DNA of 64,000 bases, from assembly GCA_020148025.1 (NCBI GenBank), contig JAHCRH010000001.1:12652-76651 (forward strand), written 5' to 3'. Source of the DNA: Patescibacteria group bacterium (lineage in GTDB: Bacteria; Patescibacteriota; Minisyncoccia; Minisyncoccales; JAHCRE01). This document shows positions 49,083 to 56,925 of the stretch, in pieces (the first letter of the stretch is position 1; each line of letters starts with the position of its first letter). Both the position numbers and the translations under genes were made by a program. The notes under the pieces were generated by a model, which saw only the letters and a list, made by a program, of their open reading frames with translations, was not told where the DNA came from and did not search any database.

Positions 49083-50366
49083 ATGTGGTTCCAAAAAGTT
49101 ATTCAGATTTTTAAAATAAGAGAATTGAGAAACAAAATTTTTTTTGTTTTAGGAACTTTGGTTGTTTTTCGGCTAATGGCTAATATCCCTATCCCCGGGA
49201 TTAGTGCCGAGGACTTAAGAGCTTTTTTTGAACAATTTCAGCTTTTTGGCCTTTTAAATATTTTTACCGGTGGAGCTCTGGATAAACTTTCAATTGTTAT
49301 GTTAGGATTGGGGCCTTACATTACTGCTGTCATTATTTTACAACTTTTAACGATGATTTTTCCCCAGCTGGAGCGGCTTTATCGGGAAGAGGGGGGGGCG
49401 GGACGTCAGAAATTTAATCAATATGGAAGGATTCTAACCGTTCCTCTGGCAATGCTTCAGGGATATGCAATGTTGACTTTATTTCAACGCCAAGGAGTAA
49501 TTGGGTCTCTTTCTCCTATTTTGCTTTTCACTTCGATTTTGACTATTACGGCTGGAGCCTTATTTTTAATGTGGCTTGGGGAATTAATTTCTGAAAAAGG
49601 AATTGGCGATGGTGTTTCCCTTTTAATTTTCGCTGGTATAGTCTCCTCTGTTCCAGTGAGTGTTCAGCAAGTTTATTTTGACCTCAAGACGGGTCCTTTT
49701 AAAATCCCAGCCTATTTACTCTTTTTTAGTATGGCTTTATTGATTATTGCCGGAGTCGTTTTAATCAATGAGGCTAGACGAAATATTCCAGTTTCTTATG
49801 CCAAAAGAGTTCGAGGAACGAAAATGTATGGTGGAGTTTCAACCTTCCTACCATTGAATGTTAATCCAGCTGGAGTGATGCCAATAATTTTTGCCCTATC
49901 GATTTTAACTTTTCCTGGAATGATCGCCAACTTTTTAGTAGGAGCTGGTGGAACCATTGGAAATATTGCCCAAAACATAAGTAATTTGCTTCAAAACCCT
50001 TGGGTTTATGGAATTTTGTACTTTTTATTAGTTGTTATCTTTGTTTATTTTTATACCGCTGTAACTTTTGATCCAAAGGCTATCTCTGAAAATCTCCAAA
50101 AAATGGGCGGATTTGTTCCAGGGATAAGACCAGGCACTTCAACGGCCAATCATTTATCTTATATTTTAAACCGAGTTTTGCTTATTGGAGCCTTATTTTT
50201 AGGAGTAATTGCGGTTATGCCTTCAGTTGTGGGCGGAATAACCAAGGTAATGGTTTTTCAATTTTTGATCGGAGGAACTTCTTTGCTAATTGTTGTTTCA
50301 GTGGTTTTGGAGACTGTACGTCAGATCAATGCCCAACTTCAGATGAGAGAATATGAAACTTTCTAA
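49083..50366 (+). CDS. secY: Preprotein translocase subunit SecY
   Basis: LGLGPYITA, WLGE.I.EKGIG, AGVMPIIFA, GGTSLLIVV. Confidence 0.98.
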   Translation: MWFQKVIQIFKIRELRNKIFFVLGTLVVFRLMANIPIPGISAEDLRAFFEQFQLFGLLNIFTGGALDKLSIVMLGLGPYITAVIILQLLTMIFPQLERLYREEGGAGRQKFNQYGRILTVPLAMLQGYAMLTLFQRQGVIGSLSPILLFTSILTITAGALFLMWLGELISEKGIGDGVSLLIFAGIVSSVPVSVQQVYFDLKTGPFKIPAYLLFFSMALLIIAGVVLINEARRNIPVSYAKRVRGTKMYGGVSTFLPLNVNPAGVMPIIFALSILTFPGMIANFLVGAGGTIGNIAQNISNLLQNPWVYGILYFLLVVIFVYFYTAVTFDPKAISENLQKMGGFVPGIRPGTSTANHLSYILNRVLLIGALFLGVIAVMPSVVGGITKVMVFQFLIGGTSLLIVVSVVLETVRQINAQLQMREYETF

Positions 50367-50418
50367 CCCTAAGAGTACAACACTACGAGAACAGTTCTCG
50401 TAGTGATTTGATTAATGT

Positions 50419-51114
50419 ATGAAAAAACCGTTTGTGATAATTATATTAGGACCCCCTGGGTCAGGAAAAGGGACTCAGGCTGAACTTCTAGAAGAAAAAT
50501 TAAATCTTTATCACTTAAATACAAGCGGAATTATTGTTGCCAATTTATTAAATGCTAAAAAGAGTGACTTTGTAAAAGTTGGAGGCAAAAAATATTTTCT
50601 CCTGGAAGAAAAAAAGTTGCGAGAATCAGGAAAATTAATGAGCCCTCCTTTAATAGCCTTTTGGATTAAAAATAAGATTAGAGAATTGGCCAAGGGAGGA
50701 AAGGGAATAGTAGCTTCTAGTTCTCCAAGGACTCTTTATGAGGGAGAGGAAATTATTCCTCTCTTTAAAAAATTATATGGGAGCTCTAGTATAAAAATAA
50801 TTTTAATTGAATTGAGTGAAAAAGAGTCGATTCGTAGGAATTGGTATCGAAGGACATGCAAATTAATGCGCCACCCAATTTTATACACAAAAGAAACTGC
50901 CAAACTTACGAAATGTCCTCTCGATGGCTCAAAATTAGTTATTCGCAAAGATGATACTCCAAAAACTATTAAAGTTAGATTAATGGAGTATAAAAAGCGA
51001 ACTTTCCCCTTAGTCAGTTATTTCAAAAAACAAGGTTTAAAAGTAAAGAAAGTAGATGGTAAACAATCGGTTGAAAAAGTTTTTAAAGACATCTTAAAAG
51101 CAATCAAAATCTAA
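50419..51114 (+). CDS. adk: Adenylate kinase (divergent)
   Basis: GPPGSGKGTQA, SPRT, RKDD; secY-adk-map synteny. Confidence 0.88.
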   Translation: MKKPFVIIILGPPGSGKGTQAELLEEKLNLYHLNTSGIIVANLLNAKKSDFVKVGGKKYFLLEEKKLRESGKLMSPPLIAFWIKNKIRELAKGGKGIVASSSPRTLYEGEEIIPLFKKLYGSSSIKIILIELSEKESIRRNWYRRTCKLMRHPILYTKETAKLTKCPLDGSKLVIRKDDTPKTIKVRLMEYKKRTFPLVSYFKKQGLKVKKVDGKQSVEKVFKDILKAIKI

Positions 51115-51179
51115 TGTTCAAAACCCGACGTTGAACATATTCTTTGAGATTGACAGAGACCCGGTCTCTGTTGGATGAA

Positions 51180-51959
51180 ATGATTTCTATCAAATCAAAA
51201 AAGGAAATTGAGATAATGAGAGAGGGTGGTAAAATTCTGGCAAAAATTATGAAAGAGTTAGAAAAGATGGTCAGACCAGGAATTACCACCAAAAAATTGG
51301 ATAGGCTCGCTGAGAGCCTTATTTTAAAATATGGGAAATGCTCATTTGAAGGTTATAATGGTTTCCCGACTTGTCTTTGTACCTCAATAAATGAAGAAAT
51401 TGTTCACGGCGTCCCATCCAATAGAATTTTGAAAGAAGGAGATATTATTTCTCTTGACCTTGGTTTTTTTTACAAAGGATTTCATTCTGACATGGCAGTC
51501 ACTTTAGCAGTTGGAAAAGTGAAGCCTGAACTTTTGAAATTAATTAAGGTGACAAAAAAAGCTTTAAAGAGAGCCTTAAGAAAAGTTCGGCCGGGAAATA
51601 CTTTTGGTGATATTGGAAACAGTATTCAGAGATATGTTGAGGGTCAGGGATTTAATGTAATTAGGGAGCTTTGTGGTCATGGAATTGGCAAAGATCTACA
51701 CGAAGACCCTCAAGTATTGAATTATGGCAAAAGAAGGACCGGGCCTGAGCTTGTCGAGGGTATGACATTCTGCATTGAGCCTATGGTATCAACGGGAGAT
51801 TTCAGAATAAAGAAAACAACCCCGAAGCAGAGCAAGCTCGCTACGGGGCAAGAAAATGGCTATAGTTATCAAACTGTTGATGGTTCAATATCGGCCCATT
51901 TTGAACATACAGTGGCAGTAACAAAAAATGGAGTAGAGATCTTGACAATTTCAAAATAA
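51180..51959 (+). CDS. map: Methionine aminopeptidase type I
   Basis: SINEEIVHG, GHGIG..LHEDP, IEPM, SAHFEHT; probable ATG 51180. Confidence 0.96.
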   Translation: MISIKSKKEIEIMREGGKILAKIMKELEKMVRPGITTKKLDRLAESLILKYGKCSFEGYNGFPTCLCTSINEEIVHGVPSNRILKEGDIISLDLGFFYKGFHSDMAVTLAVGKVKPELLKLIKVTKKALKRALRKVRPGNTFGDIGNSIQRYVEGQGFNVIRELCGHGIGKDLHEDPQVLNYGKRRTGPELVEGMTFCIEPMVSTGDFRIKKTTPKQSKLATGQENGYSYQTVDGSISAHFEHTVAVTKNGVEILTISK

Positions 51960-52034
51960 CAACTATAAAGGGGCGTTTCAGAAAACTGATTCGCCCATTT
52001 TTTGTTTTATAATTTTTTATGCTAAAATAATTTA

Positions 52035-52820
52035 ATGCCAGACTACAACCCACCCACCACGTCCTCCCATTCTTCGCTTCGCTCAGAACGAGCCCCTGTT
52101 TATTTATCTGTTATTATCCCTGCCTATAATGAGGAAGAGAGATTACCAGAGACTTTGCGAGAGATTGATAAATATTTAAAGACAAAAGATTATGAATCTG
52201 AAATTATTGTTGTTTCTGATGGTTCAACCGATAGAACGGTTGAGGTTGTTAAAAATTTGATGCCAGAAATTAAAAACCTGAGATTAATTGAATTTGAAAA
52301 AAAGAGGGGAAAGGGATTTGGAGTTCGTCAGGGAATGTTAAAAGCCTCAGGAAAATATCGGGTTTTTACTGATGCTGATAATTCAACCTCAATCGATCAG
52401 ATTGAGAAAATGTGGCCGGAATTTGAGTCAGGTTTCGATATCGTCATTGGTTCAAGAGATATAAAAGGAGCTGTAATTGCCGTTCCCCAGACCTGGTTTA
52501 GAAGAAGATTAGGGGACATTTTTAATTTAATTTCGCAGGTAATTTCTGGTCTCTTGGGGATCTGGGATACTCAATGTGGATTTAAGGGGTTTACTAAAAA
52601 AGCGGCAGAGGATATTTTTTCAAAGGCGACGATTGATCGTTTCGCCTTTGATGTTGAGGTTTTAATTCTGGCAAAAAAACTTGGATATAAATTCAAGGAA
52701 ATCCCGGTAGTCTGGATAAATGACCCAGGAAGCAAAGTGAAATTCAGATCAATGGTAGAGATGTTAATTGATGTATTCAAAATAAGATTAAATTTTATTA
52801 AAAATATATATAAAATCTGA
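52035..52820 (+). CDS. GT2 glycosyltransferase (dolichyl-phosphate beta-glucosyltransferase-like)
   Basis: SVIIPAYNEE, DGSTD, GKG, DADNST, DTQCGFK, FDVE. Confidence 0.92.
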   Translation: MPDYNPPTTSSHSSLRSERAPVYLSVIIPAYNEEERLPETLREIDKYLKTKDYESEIIVVSDGSTDRTVEVVKNLMPEIKNLRLIEFEKKRGKGFGVRQGMLKASGKYRVFTDADNSTSIDQIEKMWPEFESGFDIVIGSRDIKGAVIAVPQTWFRRRLGDIFNLISQVISGLLGIWDTQCGFKGFTKKAAEDIFSKATIDRFAFDVEVLILAKKLGYKFKEIPVVWINDPGSKVKFRSMVEMLIDVFKIRLNFIKNIYKI

Positions 52821-52821
52821 T

Positions 52822-53865
52822 ATGAAACCTAAAAAAAAGACCAAAGGTAAAATAAGATTCCCATCTGAGCTTCGATTTGATTTGGTTTCGAGAGATTGGG
52901 TTATCATTGCAACTGGCAGGGCTAGAAGGCCGGAAACCTTCAAAAGAGAAAAGAGATTCAAAAAAGTACCTCCTCGTAAGACTTGTCCCTTCTGCCAAAT
53001 TAAAAATTTAGAAAACCCCCTACTTATTTTTGCTCAAGGAAAAAAAATCCCCGGTCAAAAAATTCCTAAGAATTGGACAACGATTATTATTCCAAATAAA
53101 TTTCCTGCTCTTTTTCCTCACCCTAAATTAAACAAAAAGATTGAAGGTGGTCTTTATCAGACAATGAATGCAGTGGGTTTTCATGAAATAGTGGTTACTG
53201 AAAATCATAAAAGGTCAATAGGTCAGTTTAAGGTAGAGGAGGTAAAAGAAGTTATTGATGCCTATTACAAGAGATATTCAGAATTGATGAAAAAACCATT
53301 TGTAAATTATGTTTCTATATTTCACAACCATGGGGCTGAAGCAGGAGCTTCAATCTTTCATCCCCATTCTCAAATCATCACCACCCCTCTTATTGATGTC
53401 GATTTAAGCAGGGCTCTTTTTAATTCAAAGAAATATTTCAAGACTCATAAAAAATGCGTTTATTGTCAAATGGGTAAATGGGAAAGGAAAACCCAAAAGA
53501 GGATTGTTTTTGAAAATGAAGATTTTTTAGTTTTATGTCCTTTTGCCTCAAAGGCCGCCTTCCAAATTATAATCTCTCCAAAAAAACACTCAGCCTATTT
53601 TGAAAGAATAACTGAAAGAGAAAAATGGACTTTGGCCGAAGCCTTCAAGATGGCCTTGGGTAAACTTTATAAGGCCCTAAATGATCCGGCTTATAACTTT
53701 TATTTACACACTGCCCCCTGTGATGGAAAGAAGTATGATCATTATCACTGGCACTGGACGATTTTACCAAAAACATCAATTTGGGCAGGATTTGAAATTG
53801 GAACAAGAATGGAGATTTCCACCATTGAGCCAGAGAAAGCAGCCGAATATTTGAGAAAACAATAA
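52822..53865 (+). CDS. galT: Galactose-1-phosphate uridylyltransferase
   Basis: RARRP, CPFC, NKFPAL, AGASIFHPHSQ. Confidence 0.9.
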   Translation: MKPKKKTKGKIRFPSELRFDLVSRDWVIIATGRARRPETFKREKRFKKVPPRKTCPFCQIKNLENPLLIFAQGKKIPGQKIPKNWTTIIIPNKFPALFPHPKLNKKIEGGLYQTMNAVGFHEIVVTENHKRSIGQFKVEEVKEVIDAYYKRYSELMKKPFVNYVSIFHNHGAEAGASIFHPHSQIITTPLIDVDLSRALFNSKKYFKTHKKCVYCQMGKWERKTQKRIVFENEDFLVLCPFASKAAFQIIISPKKHSAYFERITEREKWTLAEAFKMALGKLYKALNDPAYNFYLHTAPCDGKKYDHYHWHWTILPKTSIWAGFEIGTRMEISTIEPEKAAEYLRKQ

Positions 53866-53875
53866 ATTTTTGATA

Positions 53876-54682
53876 ATGGGCCAAAAAAGTTTCACTCTAA
53901 TTGAGCTTATGGTAGTTATTGCCATTGTTGGATTAATTGCCAGTATTGTTTTGGTTAGTTTAAGAGGAGCAAGGCAAAGAGCAAGAATTGCTGCCGGTAT
54001 GCAGTTTTCTGATTCCCTAAGAGCTGGCTTATCTGATGCTATAACTGGTTGGTGGAGCCTTGATGAAGGAACAGGAAATACAGCTGGAGATACTTGGGGA
54101 GGAAATAATGGAACAATTTATGGCGACAATTACTGGACAACAGAAGGGATAAGAGAAGGAGCTCTGAGTTGTAGTGGAAATGATTATGTCAGGATTAATA
54201 ATGTTCAAGTTGATACTGCAAGTGGAGCCCAAAATACGGTTGAGTTTTGGATGAATTGGACTGGTACTAACAGTCAGATGCCAATGGGTTGGGACATTTA
54301 TGACCTGTGGTTAATAGACGGTTGTTTTGGTTTTAATACATCAGAAAATAATGCTTTAGGAGTTTCCTGGGATGGCTTAGTTAATAACTGGATTCATGTT
54401 GCTGCAATTTTTTACAACGGAGCGCCATCAAGCACAAATAATGAATTATATATCAATGGAAAAAAGCAAAGTATTTATTGGTGTCGTGGTAGCGGAGGTT
54501 CCTCTAGCAGCGTGACTACAACAGTTCAAATAAGCGGGTGGCCCACCAATGCCGCTTATCGTTTCAGCGGTCTTATTGATGAATTCAAGATTTATAACCG
54601 AGGCCTTACTGCTTTAGAAATTCAAAAGAGATATGCCGAAGGGTTGGAGAAATATAAGGACTTTGTCTTAAAAAAGCTCTGA
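53876..54682 (+). CDS. Prepilin-type protein with LamG/ConA-like domain
   Basis: KS|FTLIELMVVIAI methylation site; W.LDEG.G, WIHVA, LYINGK, FSGLIDEFKIYNR. Confidence 0.9.
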   Translation: MGQKSFTLIELMVVIAIVGLIASIVLVSLRGARQRARIAAGMQFSDSLRAGLSDAITGWWSLDEGTGNTAGDTWGGNNGTIYGDNYWTTEGIREGALSCSGNDYVRINNVQVDTASGAQNTVEFWMNWTGTNSQMPMGWDIYDLWLIDGCFGFNTSENNALGVSWDGLVNNWIHVAAIFYNGAPSSTNNELYINGKKQSIYWCRGSGGSSSSVTTTVQISGWPTNAAYRFSGLIDEFKIYNRGLTALEIQKRYAEGLEKYKDFVLKKL

Positions 54683-54717
54683 TTGAAGTGTTTAAACGAA
54701 TCTTTAAATATCTTCTG

Positions 54718-55236
54718 ATGATGCAACAAAAATCATTCACTCTCATCGAACTTTTAGTAGTCATTGCCATTATCGGGCTTTTAGCTTCGATTGTGTTTAT
54801 TAGTCTGGCAGGGGTAAGGGCAAGAGCAAGGGATGCCAGAATTCTTCTTGATTTAAGACAAATTAAAACTATAGCCGCAATGATTAACAGTGATTATAAT
54901 TCCTATGCTAATTTGTGTGCTGTCGATTTGACTCTTAACGAAAATGCCCCCGCTCCTTATGGAAAACAGCTAGAGTTAATTGAAGACGATCTTACCAAAC
55001 AGCAAGGGAGGTCACCTCTTATTATGCTTTGCGTTGCTGCTACCTCTAGGTATTGTGTATCCGCAGTTTCATCTACTTTTGATTTCATTTCAGAAGATTA
55101 TCACTCTTGGTTTTGTACGGACTCTGATGGGAGGAGTGAGTTTAGATTTTACTGCTGGGACGAGTCCACTGACACCCCTACTGATAGATGCCTAGAACAC
55201 AAAGCATTTCCTCCACCCCCACCCCCACCTCCATAA
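54718..55236 (+). CDS. Type IV pilin-like protein with poly-Pro tail
   Basis: KS|FTLIELLVVIAIIGLLAS, ARDAR, C-terminal Cys residues. Confidence 0.9.
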   Translation: MMQQKSFTLIELLVVIAIIGLLASIVFISLAGVRARARDARILLDLRQIKTIAAMINSDYNSYANLCAVDLTLNENAPAPYGKQLELIEDDLTKQQGRSPLIMLCVAATSRYCVSAVSSTFDFISEDYHSWFCTDSDGRSEFRFYCWDESTDTPTDRCLEHKAFPPPPPPPP

Positions 55237-55300
55237 AGCAGTGTCAGTTGGTATTACACAAGGAAAATAGAAAATAAGGTTATTCTCATTTTTTTAATTT

Positions 55301-56056
55301 ATGAAACCATTAATTGTAGCAAATTGGAAATGCAACCCTCAAACTCTAAAAGGAGCTAAGCTCCTTTTTAATTCGATAAAAAGAGGAATGAAAAAAATTA
55401 GGAATGTCGAGGTGGTAATTTGCCCCCCCTTTGTATATTTATTGACAAGCGACAAGCGACAAGCGACAAAGATAAAATTAGGTGGACAGAACTGTTTTTG
55501 GAAGGGAAAAGGACCCTTTACTGGAGAAGTTTCCCCAAAGCAGCTTTTAAATTTTGGCTGCAAATATGTAATTTTAGGGCATTCCGAAAGGAGAATCTAT
55601 TTCGATGAGACCGATGAAATGATAAATAAAAAAATAAAGGCTGCGATATCAGTAAAATTAAATCCAATTTTTTGTATTGGGGAAACTAAAGAGGAACGAG
55701 AAAAAGGCCAGACTCAAAGTATTTTAAAGTCTCAGATCGAAAAAGGTCTTAAGAAAGTTTCAAAAAAGGAGATCGAAAAGATTACAATTGCCTACGAGCC
55801 CGCCTGGGCGATTGGAACTGGAAAACCTTGTGACACTGAAGAAGCCCAAAAAATGAGTTTGCTTATTAGAAAGATGATGGCTAGAAAATATTCTCTTTCG
55901 ATTGCTAAGAAACTAAGAATGATTTACGGAGGCAGTGTCAATAGTAAAAATGCCAGAGACTATATAAAAGAAGCCGATTTCCAGGGACTTTTAATTGGCG
56001 GAGCCTCTTTAGATCCCAAAGAGTTTATTAAAATTGTGAAAACAATTTCTGCGTAG
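55301..56056 (+). CDS. tpiA: Triosephosphate isomerase
   Basis: ANWK, GHSERR, AYEP.WAIGTG, YGGSV, GGASL. Confidence 0.97.
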   Translation: MKPLIVANWKCNPQTLKGAKLLFNSIKRGMKKIRNVEVVICPPFVYLLTSDKRQATKIKLGGQNCFWKGKGPFTGEVSPKQLLNFGCKYVILGHSERRIYFDETDEMINKKIKAAISVKLNPIFCIGETKEEREKGQTQSILKSQIEKGLKKVSKKEIEKITIAYEPAWAIGTGKPCDTEEAQKMSLLIRKMMARKYSLSIAKKLRMIYGGSVNSKNARDYIKEADFQGLLIGGASLDPKEFIKIVKTISA

Positions 56057-56143
56057 CTGTTAAATCTCAGAAGTGTCAATAGAGTTAAACTCTAATTTAA
56101 AAGCTTGACTTTTTTGTGCTTTTTAGTATTTTAATAGAATAGT

Positions 56144-56824
56144 ATGGATAAATTTTTAAAAGGTTATTTTTATAATCCCACTCGAGGAAATTTGAAAATC
56201 AAGGAGGTGATGGAGGAAATGTTAAGCTACATGAAGGAGAAACCAGAAAAGTTTTACGATATTATTGTTGGTTGTGATTCTTCCTCTGGAGAGAAATTCA
56301 ATTTCCCAGTGGCAGTGGTTATTTTAAGAGTAGGGGAAGGAGGGAGATTTTTTCTTAAAAAAATAAATTATCCTCCATCTCTAAGAAAAAAATTTTCCAA
56401 TTGGAAAATGCGAGTTTTGGAAGAAGTTTTATTATCCTGTGAATTAGCTCTATTCTTAAGAGAGAACTTTGAGAAAAAGATAAAAAGTGAATCAAATGCT
56501 TTTGATAAAAAGCCAGAAGGGGGTCGGGAAAACTGGGTGTTTTCCCGTGGTGGAAACAGGGAGGCTGAAAGCCGACCGCCAGAACCGCAAGGTTCTGGGG
56601 AGCTGAGCGAAGCGAGCCCAAAGGGCAAGCGCCAGCCGAAGGCTGGAGAAGCGAAGCAACCTTTTAATTATCAACTTCGTTATATTCATGCTGATATTGG
56701 AGAGCACGGTCAGACAAGAGATATGATAAAAGAAGTTACTGGTTTAATCCGGGGAAATGGCTTTGAGCCAAAGATTAAACCAGAGTCCTATGTAGCTTCA
56801 ACGGTGGCTGATAGATACAGCTAA
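56144..56824 (+). CDS. RNase H-like YkuK (DUF458) family protein with ~49-aa in-frame family A insert
   Basis: IVGCDS, E..LS, IHADIG..GQT, IKPESYVASTVADRYS. Confidence 0.82.
   Translation: MDKFLKGYFYNPTRGNLKIKEVMEEMLSYMKEKPEKFYDIIVGCDSSSGEKFNFPVAVVILRVGEGGRFFLKKINYPPSLRKKFSNWKMRVLEEVLLSCELALFLRENFEKKIKSESNAFDKKPEGGRENWVFSRGGNREAESRPPEPQGSGELSEASPKGKRQPKAGEAKQPFNYQLRYIHADIGEHGQTRDMIKEVTGLIRGNGFEPKIKPESYVASTVADRYS
56515..56660 (+). mobile_element. Structured repeat family A, in frame within a CDS
   Basis: GGGTCGGGAAAACTGGGTGTTTTCCCGT..GACCGCCAGAACCGCAAGGTTCTGGGGAGC..; closely matches 61216-61366. Confidence 0.85.
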
Positions 56825-56925
56825 TTAGTATGTAGTATGTAGATAGTAGATGGTTGAGCCGCCTTTTTGGCGGCCCTTTAACTTATTTGAAAAAATCTTC
56901 TTATTTAGTAAGATTAGAATAGAAA

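Noticed and set aside
53876-55236. Diversity-generating retroelement target in the pilin/LamG genes
   Set aside because: No template/variable repeat pair with adenine-specific mismatches seen and no reverse transcriptase in the window.
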